Of a DNA stretch of 64,000 bases, positions 56,593-64,000 are shown piece by piece. The stretch covers positions 643,593 through 707,592 of the forward strand of contig CAVRUU010000003.1 of NCBI GenBank assembly GCA_963724515.1, read 5' to 3'. Under the pieces are notes generated by a model. That model was not told where the DNA came from. It worked only from the letters and a program-made list of their open reading frames with translations, and made no database searches. Source of the stretch: Candidatus Eiseniibacteriota bacterium (lineage in GTDB: Bacteria; Eisenbacteria; RBG-16-71-46; SZUA-252). Each line of letters begins with the position of its first letter. Within the stretch, counting starts at the first letter, position 1. The position numbers were made by a program, and so were the translations under genes.

Positions 56593-57387
56593 CTAACGCC
56601 GAAGCCGTCTTGCGTACAGGAGGAGCGGATTCCGCACGATGTAGATGCCGACCTGGAGCCGGTCCTGGAGCCCCAGCTTCGCGAGGATGTGCCCCACGTG
56701 CTTCTTCACCGTCGGTTCGCTGATCCCCAGCGCCCTTCCGATCTCCTTGTTCGATCGTCCGTCCGAAATGAGCCCGGCTACGTCCAGTTCCCGGGCGGAG
56801 AGCTCGCGCGAAGCGCCCGGCGACTCACTCGAGAGAGCCTTCTTCACGATCGCCGATGCGGTGAGTGGCTCGTACCACGCATTGCCCTCCGCCACAGTGC
56901 GCACCGCCCGAAAAAGCTCTTCCGGCTCCGCATCGCGCCGGAGCGCCCCGAGCGCTCCCTCGGAAACCGCGATCTGCAGACAATCGGTGCACATGCTCGC
57001 GGCCGAATTGGAAGCCGGAAGGTCCGAACGAACCCGATGAGGAGGGTTCAGGATCAGGCATTGTCCCGCGCCCCGTTCCGCGACGGCGATGACGTGGGTC
57101 GCGGGGTGCGCTGCGCGGACGAACGAAATCGCGGAAACGCCGTCCAGGCCGGGAAGGCCGATCGACATGATGACGACGTCGGGCCGAAGGCGCTTGCACC
57201 GGCTCGCCGCTTCCAGCCCGGTCGCGGCGTCGGCGACGATCTCGAAATCAGGCTGGGACTCGAGAACCGCGATGAGCCCCCGACGATCGATCGGTCGATC
57301 GTCTGCGACGATAATCCGGATCTTGCGCGCCCCCTTTCGCATACGGGGGGTTCGCGGGCGCGTCGGCTTTTCTGTGTGTGGGGTCAT
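56593..57387 (-). CDS. Two-component response regulator, NarL/FixJ (LuxR-HTH) family
   Basis: REC domain 'IRIIVADDRPIDRRGL...PDVVIMSIGLPGLDG' and C-terminal HTH 'LSARELDVAGLISDGRSNKEIGRALGISEPTVKKHVGHILAKLG'. An unusual ~25-aa insertion separates REC and HTH. Start may be the internal Met at ~57342. Confidence 0.75.
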   Translation of the reverse strand: MTPHTEKPTRPRTPRMRKGARKIRIIVADDRPIDRRGLIAVLESQPDFEIVADAATGLEAASRCKRLRPDVVIMSIGLPGLDGVSAISFVRAAHPATHVIAVAERGAGQCLILNPPHRVRSDLPASNSAASMCTDCLQIAVSEGALGALRRDAEPEELFRAVRTVAEGNAWYEPLTASAIVKKALSSESPGASRELSARELDVAGLISDGRSNKEIGRALGISEPTVKKHVGHILAKLGLQDRLQVGIYIVRNPLLLYARRLRR

Positions 57388-57536
57388 GACGGCGCTATGC
57401 TACCAATGGACCAGTGCAGATGCAACCTGTGTAAGGTAGACGTAACTGCGTCAGAGTCGATAGGTTCCGCCGTAGACAAGGAAACGGTCCGCTGGCTCGC
57501 AACCGGCGACTCGATGGTGGTCGTAGGGGAGGGGTC

Positions 57537-58469
57537 ATGAATCGAGCGCGCGTCTACCAAGTCGGCCTCGCAACGGCCGCGGTGCTCCTCACCACCTGCT
57601 TCGCTCCCGCGTTCGCAGACGATAGCGGGTCCCAATACGTCGGCTCCAAGACTTGCGCCACGTGCCACGAGGAGCAGTTCGAGGCGTTCCAGAGCAACGT
57701 GCATCACCAGGCGGAGCTGGACGGCTCGCTGGTCGCCGAGCACGTCGGATGCGAGGCATGCCACGGCCCCGGCTCGCGTCACGTCGCGGCCGACGGCAAT
57801 GAAGACGACCCGGGGTTCGCCACGATGCGCGTGTTCAAGCGCATGAAACCGGACGAAGCCTCGGCCGTCTGCCAGACGTGCCACAAGACCGGGGAGCAGC
57901 TCTACTGGCTGCAGAGCACCCACTCGCGGAACGACGTCGCATGCCAGAGCTGCCATTCCATCCACAACGCGAAGAGCGAGGCCCAGGCCAAGCTGCTCGT
58001 GAAGGAGAGGTCAGCGGACCTCTGCATCTCGTGTCACGGCGACAAGCGGGCCGCGCTGGAGCACACCGCGCACATGCCGCTCCGCGAGGGCGCCATGAGC
58101 TGCGTCGATTGCCACAATCCCCACGGCTCGGTCGGCCCGAGAATGATCCGTGCCGCCTCGAACACCGAGCTTTGCGTCACCTGCCACATGGACAAGCGTG
58201 GCCCCTTCATGTACGAGCATCCGCCGGTTCGAGAGAATTGCGTCTCATGCCATCAGCCACATGGGTCGAACAGCGACAAGATCCTCGCCGGGAGGCGCCC
58301 GTACCTGTGCCAGCGGTGCCACGTCGGTTCGCGGCATCCGAGCACCCTTTATGACGTGCCGGATTTCACGGCCAGCGGAGCCAATAAGGTCATCAACCGG
58401 TCCTGCACGAACTGTCACAGCCAGATTCACGGCTCGAATCACCCATCCGGAGAATTCTTCCTGAGATAG
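57537..58469 (+). CDS. mtrA: Periplasmic decaheme c-type cytochrome, MtrA/DmsE/MtoA/PioA family
   Basis: Signal peptide and exactly 10 CxxCH motifs in 310 aa (CATCH, CEACH, CQTCH, CQSCH, CISCH, CVDCH, CVTCH, CVSCH, CQRCH, CTNCH), the size and heme density of the MtrA/DmsE family. Confidence 0.8.
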   Translation: MNRARVYQVGLATAAVLLTTCFAPAFADDSGSQYVGSKTCATCHEEQFEAFQSNVHHQAELDGSLVAEHVGCEACHGPGSRHVAADGNEDDPGFATMRVFKRMKPDEASAVCQTCHKTGEQLYWLQSTHSRNDVACQSCHSIHNAKSEAQAKLLVKERSADLCISCHGDKRAALEHTAHMPLREGAMSCVDCHNPHGSVGPRMIRAASNTELCVTCHMDKRGPFMYEHPPVRENCVSCHQPHGSNSDKILAGRRPYLCQRCHVGSRHPSTLYDVPDFTASGANKVINRSCTNCHSQIHGSNHPSGEFFLR

Positions 58470-58485
58470 GGGGAGGTGGAACTCG

Positions 58486-60609
58486 ATGGTTCGGACCTTG
58501 GTGGCGCTTTCAGTGCTTCTCGTAGCGATCGTGCTGGGGGATCCGGCTCCGGCCGCTGAGAACGCCGATGGATCTGTCACGTTCGGCACTCAGTGGTGGA
58601 ACCAGACGGCCCCGGAAGCGAAGTTTCAGGAGTTCAATCAGGTCCCTCGCGGCGCGTTCATGGATTCCTACGCTCTGCGCACCTGGCGGGATCGCAATCT
58701 CCTTCTGTTCTACGGTCAGCACGCGTTCCGAACCGACCAGTCGAATACGCTCAACTGGTGGCACGGCGCGAAGCTCCGGATCGACGTCGGCTACCGGGAG
58801 ATTCCCCACAACCTGAGTTTCATCGTGCATTCCCCCTTTACCGAAATCGCTCCGGGAGTGGAGGTCGTGCCCGATTCGCTGCAGGCCCAAAACGAGGCGA
58901 ACGCCGCCGGCTACGTCGCCCGAATGCGGTCCGCGCTCGCGGCCTCTCCGCGTCTCAACATGGGGTTCCGGACCGATCTCACGAAGGCACGGGTGAGGGC
59001 GCGGCCGGCGCGCTCCTGGCAATTCGATCTGCAGGGGAGCCGGCGCCTGCGTTCGGGGCGCAAGCCCTGGGGCGGCGGGTTCAGCCCGGGCAACGGCGTG
59101 GAGGTCTGGGAACCGATCTCCCAGCGGATGCTGGATGGAGAGGCGCGCGCGAGCTACCAAAAGAACCGCATGACCCTGATGGCGGCCGCGGGGGTGTCGG
59201 AATTCACCAACAACGTGGACACGCTCACGTTTGACAACCCGGCCCGCCTGACGGCTCAGAGCAAGGGGCGAGCCGATCTTTATCCCGACAACCGCTCGGT
59301 CCGTGGAACGCTCGCCCTGGCGTACCAGGCCCCGATGCGAACGGCCTTCAACGGAACCGTAGGGCTGAGCCGGAACACCCAGAACGATCCGTGGGTGCCA
59401 TTCACGGCGAACACCACGAGCCCCTATTCCAGCCTGGACTCGCTTCCTCCCGAGCGCAGCACGCATGCCAAGGTGGATATCTTCACTCAGGATTACCGTG
59501 TGACGTCGCATCCTCTGGCGGATCTGGGCGGGACGCTGCGGTTCCGGCAGTACCACTACCTCAATCGCACCCCCGAGCACATCTTCTCGGGCGAGTCGGT
59601 GGCGGACGCCGCCTTCGCCGTGGGTGCCATCGAGACGGAGCCGGCCAGCTACAAGCACCAGTCGTACGGAATCGATCTCGACTACAACCCGCTCAAGCGG
59701 ATCGGCCTTTCCGGGACGGCGGAGCGTCTCGATCGCACACGCACGCATCGCGAAGTCCTCTCCGATCGTGAAGAGTCCTACGGCGGCAAGCTTCGCGTCC
59801 GGCCGATCGACAAGGTCTCGCTCGAGGCCCATGCCCGAAGCGCCAAACGCTGGGCGCGGAATGCGGACTTCTCGTACGGCGGTATCGAGCAGACGGCTCT
59901 GCGGCGGTTCGACGTGGCGGATCGGAAGCAGACCCAGGCGGGTGGAAGCGTGGGATTCACGCCGACCGATCGCTTCGAATTGACGGCGAGCTTCGCGTAC
60001 CTCTTCGAGAAGTACGAGAACGACCTGGCGGACACCGTCCGGATCGGCCTTCGCAGGGTCCACCAGCGCAACACGAGCGTGGACATCAACTATCACGCTT
60101 CCGCGAACATGGACCTGTCGGGGTCGCTCGGCTGGGAGCAGTTCATCTCGCGCCAGGCATCGCGCCAGAGCCGGAGCGCGGCCATGGGCACGGCGGACTC
60201 CACGTGGACGGCCCGCGAGAAGAACGAGGGATTGTTCGGGAACGTGGGCATCGACTGGCGCGCCAAGCCCGATCGCCTGGGGTTCAACCTGGGGTTGGAC
60301 TACGCGCGTTCTCCGACGTCGTTCGTCTTCGCGACTCTGACGCCGGTGATCAGCGCACAGAATCCGCCGTATATCAGGTACCGCCGGATCGACCTCACGT
60401 TCGAGACCAAGTATGACCTCGCCGCCGAGACGCAGGTCGGGGTCCAGTACGCGTGGGAGCAGTTCGACGTCACGGATTTCTCCGCGCAGGACATCCCCAA
60501 TATCGGTATCGCGGTTGGAGCTTCGAACGCGAACTTCATCTACCTCGGCGACAGTTTCCAGAGCTACCGAGCGCACCGAGTGGCCCTCGTGGTTCGCCAG
60601 AGATTCTGA
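58486..60609 (+). CDS. mtrB: MtrB/PioB/MtoB-family outer-membrane beta-barrel porin (partner of the decaheme cytochrome), 707 aa
   Basis: Signal peptide, ~700 aa with alternating short beta-strand periodicity and a C-terminal aromatic residue ('...ALVVRQRF'). Encoded 17 nt downstream of the decaheme gene, as in mtrAB/mtoAB/pioAB loci. Confidence 0.7.
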   Translation: MVRTLVALSVLLVAIVLGDPAPAAENADGSVTFGTQWWNQTAPEAKFQEFNQVPRGAFMDSYALRTWRDRNLLLFYGQHAFRTDQSNTLNWWHGAKLRIDVGYREIPHNLSFIVHSPFTEIAPGVEVVPDSLQAQNEANAAGYVARMRSALAASPRLNMGFRTDLTKARVRARPARSWQFDLQGSRRLRSGRKPWGGGFSPGNGVEVWEPISQRMLDGEARASYQKNRMTLMAAAGVSEFTNNVDTLTFDNPARLTAQSKGRADLYPDNRSVRGTLALAYQAPMRTAFNGTVGLSRNTQNDPWVPFTANTTSPYSSLDSLPPERSTHAKVDIFTQDYRVTSHPLADLGGTLRFRQYHYLNRTPEHIFSGESVADAAFAVGAIETEPASYKHQSYGIDLDYNPLKRIGLSGTAERLDRTRTHREVLSDREESYGGKLRVRPIDKVSLEAHARSAKRWARNADFSYGGIEQTALRRFDVADRKQTQAGGSVGFTPTDRFELTASFAYLFEKYENDLADTVRIGLRRVHQRNTSVDINYHASANMDLSGSLGWEQFISRQASRQSRSAAMGTADSTWTAREKNEGLFGNVGIDWRAKPDRLGFNLGLDYARSPTSFVFATLTPVISAQNPPYIRYRRIDLTFETKYDLAAETQVGVQYAWEQFDVTDFSAQDIPNIGIAVGASNANFIYLGDSFQSYRAHRVALVVRQRF

Positions 60610-60630
60610 CGGGCGCCTGAACCAGCTCGC

Positions 60631-60669
60631 GGGCCGCCGGGCGATGCCCCGGCGGCCCGCGCTTTCGTC
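60631..60669 (+). terminator. Strong GC stem-loop (11-bp perfect inverted repeat) with a weak U-tract between the porin gene and the Rieske gene; possible partial terminator/attenuator
   Basis: 'GGGCCGCCGGG-cgatgc-CCCGGCGGCCC' followed by 'gcgcTTTCg'; then SD 'GGGAGGG' for the Rieske gene. Confidence 0.35.
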
Positions 60670-60680
60670 AGGGAGGGCCT

Positions 60681-61136
60681 TTGCGAGAATCCGACGGAAC
60701 GAGAACAACGCCGCTCCCGCGCCGGGCCTTCCTGTCCCGGTTCCTGAGCCTCTCCGTGGGCACCCTCTGCGCGGCGGTCTTTTATCCCGTCGCCCGGTTT
60801 CTGAGCCCGCCCCATGTCGAGGAGGATGTGGGGTCCCGCGTTCTCGCCGGTAAGGTCTCCGAGGTCTCGAAGGAAGGCTGGAAGATCTTCCCGATGGGCT
60901 CGGAGCCCGGCATCCTGATCGAGAACACTCCCGGCGAGTTCCGCGCCTTCACGGCGAATTGCACGCATCTTGGGTGCACCGTCCAGTTCGATAAGAGTTC
61001 CCACCGGATCTGGTGCGCGTGCCACAACGGCTATTACGACCTCGAAGGCAGGAACGTGGCGGGTCCCCCGCCCCGGCCTCTCAAGCCGTTCACGGTCCAA
61101 GTGAGCGGAGACGATATTTTCGTCAGCCGCGCCTGA
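60681..61136 (+). CDS. Rieske [2Fe-2S] iron-sulfur protein with Tat signal (cytochrome bc-type complex subunit)
   Basis: Twin-arginine motif '[10 protein letters not shown]'; Rieske boxes 'CTHLGCT' and 'CACHNG'. TTG start. Confidence 0.85.
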   Translation: MRESDGTRTTPLPRRAFLSRFLSLSVGTLCAAVFYPVARFLSPPHVEEDVGSRVLAGKVSEVSKEGWKIFPMGSEPGILIENTPGEFRAFTANCTHLGCTVQFDKSSHRIWCACHNGYYDLEGRNVAGPPPRPLKPFTVQVSGDDIFVSRA

Positions 61137-61137
61137 A

Positions 61138-62313
61138 GTGAAGGAGGCGCCGTCCATGATCCGAAAGATCGGCGAGTGGCTCGACGCTCGGATCGGGCTC
61201 GGCGGGCTCCGGCACGTCGCCGAGGAGAAGACCGTCCCGCTGCACCGGCACAGCCCCTGGTACTACCTGGGCGGGATGACGCTCTTCTTCTTCATGATCC
61301 AGGTCGGAACAGGCATCCTCCTGATGCTGTACTACCGCCCCTCCACCCAGGAAGCGTACGAGTCGATCCAGTTCATCCTGACCCAGGTCCCCTTCGGGTG
61401 GCTGATCCGCTCGATCCACTCCTGGTCGGCAAATCTGATGATCGCGGCCGCGCTCGCGCACCTGTTCTCCGTTCTCTTCCTCAAGGCCTACCGTCCGCCC
61501 CGGGACCTGACGTGGATGACCGGATTCGCCCTCCTGATCCTCGCCATGGGGTTCGGGTTCTCCGGGTACCTCCTCCCGTGGAACAAGCTGGCGTACTTCG
61601 CGACGAAGGTGGGGACGGATATCGCCGGGACGGTGCCCCTCGTGGGCGACTTCGTGGTTCGGTTCCTGCGCGGAGGCGATCACGTCACCGGAAGCACCCT
61701 CTCCCGCTTCTATGGATGGCACGTAGCCATCCTGCCCGCGCTGGCGACATCCCTGCTCGTCCTCCACCTCGTCCTGGTGCAGCGGCACGGAATGAGCGTG
61801 CCGCCTTCAGTCGAGAAGGAGCCCGGCCCGCAGCGAAGCATGCGGTTCGTGCCGGACTTCCTCCTTCGCGATCTCTTCGGATGGACCCTCGCCCTCGGTG
61901 TGCTGGCCGCGCTCGCCGCCCTCTTTCCCTGGGAGCTGGGGGAGAAGGCGGATCCGTTCGCGCCCGCGCCCTCGAACATCCGTCCCGAGTGGTATTTCGT
62001 GGCGATGTTCCAGACCTTGCGGTTGGTTCCCGGGGGCGCGCTGCTCGGGATCGAGAACGAGGCCGCGGTGATCCTCGCCTTCGGTGCGATTGGGGCGCTC
62101 GGGTTCCTGATCCCATTCCTCGATCGTTCGGTCGTCAAAAGCGGCAGGAGCCCGGCGTTCACGCTTCTCGGCGTGGTGGCGCTCGCGTTCCTCGTCGGAA
62201 TGACCGCATGGGGCTACCACGCGTGGTGGCCCATCGCGGTCGCGTTCGTCGTGGCCGCGGCGGGATGGCTCTCCGGCAGGGCGATGGTCTCCAAGCGCGG
62301 CGGTGCCGGATGA
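61138..62313 (+). CDS. Cytochrome b (bc1/b6f-type, 391 aa)
   Basis: Heme-ligand His-bearing helices ('[19 protein letters not shown]', '[11 protein letters not shown]...[10 protein letters not shown]') and the 'PEWYF' Qo-site motif. Starts 1 nt after the Rieske stop. Confidence 0.85.
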   Translation: MKEAPSMIRKIGEWLDARIGLGGLRHVAEEKTVPLHRHSPWYYLGGMTLFFFMIQVGTGILLMLYYRPSTQEAYESIQFILTQVPFGWLIRSIHSWSANLMIAAALAHLFSVLFLKAYRPPRDLTWMTGFALLILAMGFGFSGYLLPWNKLAYFATKVGTDIAGTVPLVGDFVVRFLRGGDHVTGSTLSRFYGWHVAILPALATSLLVLHLVLVQRHGMSVPPSVEKEPGPQRSMRFVPDFLLRDLFGWTLALGVLAALAALFPWELGEKADPFAPAPSNIRPEWYFVAMFQTLRLVPGGALLGIENEAAVILAFGAIGALGFLIPFLDRSVVKSGRSPAFTLLGVVALAFLVGMTAWGYHAWWPIAVAFVVAAAGWLSGRAMVSKRGGAG

Positions 62314-64000
62314 GCGCGCGGGCGTGGTTCCTGGGCTTCCTCGTTCTGCTCTCGACCGCTTTCACGGACCACGCTCTGGGAGCGCCGGCCCGCCCCGACA
62401 CGAGCTCCTGCATCTCGTGTCATCGGGACGCGGACGAGTCCCGGTTACGAAACCCGGTCGTGGCCTGGTCCAATGACGTCCACGCCGCCGCCGGGTTGGG
62501 ATGCGAGTCCTGCCATGGGGGGGATCCGCGACGGGCCGCCACCAAGGACCCGGATGAAGCCGCGGACTACGCGATGGATCCCGCCAAGGGATTCAAGCCG
62601 CCTCCCGATCGTCTCGAGATTCCTCAATTCTGCGCACGATGTCATTCGGACGCGGCCTACATGAAACGCTACAACCCGCAGCTGCGCGTGGACCAGTACG
62701 CCGAGTACCGGACCAGCGTGCACGGGAAGCTCAACGCCGCCGGAGACTCGAAACCGGCCACGTGCATGGACTGCCACAATGTCCACGGGATCCGTCCGGT
62801 CAATCATCCCAGCTCGCCGGTCTACGCCCAGAACGTGCCGAAGACGTGCGCCCGATGCCACGCGGACTCGTCATTCATGGCCCCTTACAAGATCCCCACG
62901 AACCAGTACGCCGACTATCAGAGGAGCGTCCATGCGGGCGCGCTCCTGGAGCAGGGGGACCTTTCGGCTCCGGCGTGCAATGACTGTCACGGAAACCACG
63001 GGGCGGCGCCACCCGAGGTGAAGTCGGTGATCCATGTCTGCGGCCAATGCCACGCGCGCGAGGCGGGCCTCTATCAGAGCTCGATGAAGAAGGCGCTCTT
63101 CGAGCGGCTGAAGGTGCCCGAGTGCATCGTGTGCCACAGCAATCATCGCATCCTGCACCCAACGCCCGAGCTGTTCCACGGGCGATCGGCGCCCGAGATC
63201 ACGGCGGGCACGATCACGGGCAAGGACCCATTTACCGCCCATGTCGGGGAGCTGGCGCAGGGTCAGAAGGTCACGGCGACTTGGCGGGACGTCCTGAGTC
63301 CCCATGTCGAGGCGGCGGATCCCCGCTACCGGCACACGATCGAGATCACCGCGAAGGGCATGGCTCCCGTCGTCTTGGACGCGACCGTGCGTCCCGGCGC
63401 CGCTGCGGCGCCCCGGTCCTCCGGCCCGTCCGGAACCCCCGCCCGCCTCGCGACAGCGCTCACCATCGAGCCGCTGTCCGGGATCCCGGTGGAAGCCGGG
63501 GACGCGATTCTCTTCCGCCTCGAGGTTTCTGCCGGAATCGAAGCAGTGCAGGACCTCCGCATCTTCGATCGGCCGGGCCAGGCGGTGCATCCGATCGCCG
63601 GGGCTGCCTGCATGACATGTCACAAGATGGGGGATTCGTGCGACGTCGCCTCCGAAACGATGTACGCTACTCTGAGCGGGCTCGATCGAGAGATACGGCT
63701 CGGAACAGCCCTGCTTCGAAAGGCGGAGCTCGCTGGGATGGAGGTGAGCCGCCCCATGTTCGACCTGAAGAGCAAGGGGACGACCGCGGCGATCGAGGCG
63801 CGCTCTCTGATCCATTCCTTCGATCCGCCCAGGCTTGTGAAGCGTGCCAACGAGGGCCGCGTGGCCGCCGCGGAAGCGAAAGCCGCTGGGAACCGGGCTT
63901 TGGACGAGATTCAGGTTCGCCGCAAAGGCCTCGCGGTATCGCTCGTGTTGGTGGTGCTCGTCCTGACGGGTCTCGCTCTCAAGATCCGCCAGCTGGACAG
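62310..64000 (+). CDS. Membrane-anchored multiheme c-type cytochrome (at least 9 CxxCH), 3' end beyond window; third subunit of the Rieske/cyt b complex
   Basis: Not in the ORF track because there is no stop in the window. ATG overlaps the cyt b stop (ATGA). My translation gives a signal peptide '[18 protein letters not shown]', CxxCH motifs CISCH, CESCH, CARCH, CMDCH, CARCH, CNDCH, CGQCH, CIVCH, CMTCH, and a C-terminal TM helix '[18 protein letters not shown]' near 63930-63990. Confidence 0.75.
   Translation, partial: MSARAWFLGFLVLLSTAFTDHALGAPARPDTSSCISCHRDADESRLRNPVVAWSNDVHAAAGLGCESCHGGDPRRAATKDPDEAADYAMDPAKGFKPPPDRLEIPQFCARCHSDAAYMKRYNPQLRVDQYAEYRTSVHGKLNAAGDSKPATCMDCHNVHGIRPVNHPSSPVYAQNVPKTCARCHADSSFMAPYKIPTNQYADYQRSVHAGALLEQGDLSAPACNDCHGNHGAAPPEVKSVIHVCGQCHAREAGLYQSSMKKALFERLKVPECIVCHSNHRILHPTPELFHGRSAPEITAGTITGKDPFTAHVGELAQGQKVTATWRDVLSPHVEAADPRYRHTIEITAKGMAPVVLDATVRPGAAAAPRSSGPSGTPARLATALTIEPLSGIPVEAGDAILFRLEVSAGIEAVQDLRIFDRPGQAVHPIAGAACMTCHKMGDSCDVASETMYATLSGLDREIRLGTALLRKAELAGMEVSRPMFDLKSKGTTAAIEARSLIHSFDPPRLVKRANEGRVAAAEAKAAGNRALDEIQVRRKGLAVSLVLVVLVLTGLALKIRQLD

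Noticed and set aside
1-64000. Search for rRNA, tRNA, CRISPR repeats, transposases, integrases, phage genes and toxin-antitoxin pairs
   Set aside because: No direct-repeat arrays, no tRNA-like cloverleaf candidates in the intergenic regions inspected, and no integrase/transposase/recombinase motifs in any frame; the window looks like core/accessory chromosome rather than a mobile element.

Overview
High-GC (~65-70%) bacterial chromosomal segment with about 45 genes, most likely from an environmental Gram-negative lineage that uses a T9SS-like C-terminal sorting signal, since several large secreted proteins end in FlgD/Por-tail-like beta-sandwich domains. No rRNA, tRNA, CRISPR array, transposase, integrase or obvious prophage genes were found. 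Gene content, left to right: an HI0933-family flavoprotein (partial); a 1200-aa secreted protein; a PknK-like STAND Ser/Thr kinase (kinase-NB-ARC-TPR); a TMTC-like TPR membrane protein; a decayed MacAB-like efflux operon; a 904-aa secreted protein with Ca-binding Asp repeats; cspA-like cold-shock gene; a CysM/Mec(JAMM)/CysO-MoeZ-rhodanese cysteine-synthesis operon in which the sulfur carrier is fused N-terminally to its E1; a 2842-aa cyclic beta-1,2-glucan synthase homologue; dodecin; an M23 peptidase; an alpha/beta hydrolase; a type IV pilus minor-pilin/PilY1 operon with downstream lipoprotein/vWA/membrane genes; NAD-dependent formate dehydrogenase; a GT39-TPR membrane glycosyltransferase; a second (frameshifted) Ser/Thr kinase; a stress island (DinB, CBS, Hsp20, P1B-ATPase, Zn-ADH, USP, malic enzyme) with a LuxR-family response regulator; and, at the 3' end, an MtrA/MtrB-like porin-cytochrome conduit immediately followed by Rieske, cytochrome b and a large membrane-anchored multiheme cytochrome c. 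That last gene runs off the window end and is absent from the supplied ORF track. This last cluster is my best candidate for a novel extracellular electron-transfer / metal-redox system. Several genes show apparent frameshifts that are either real pseudogenisation or assembly indels. Many long ORFs in the supplied track are high-GC antisense or alternate-frame shadows and were rejected. Coordinates taken from the ORF track are reliable; coordinates I derived by hand may be off by 1-2 nt.
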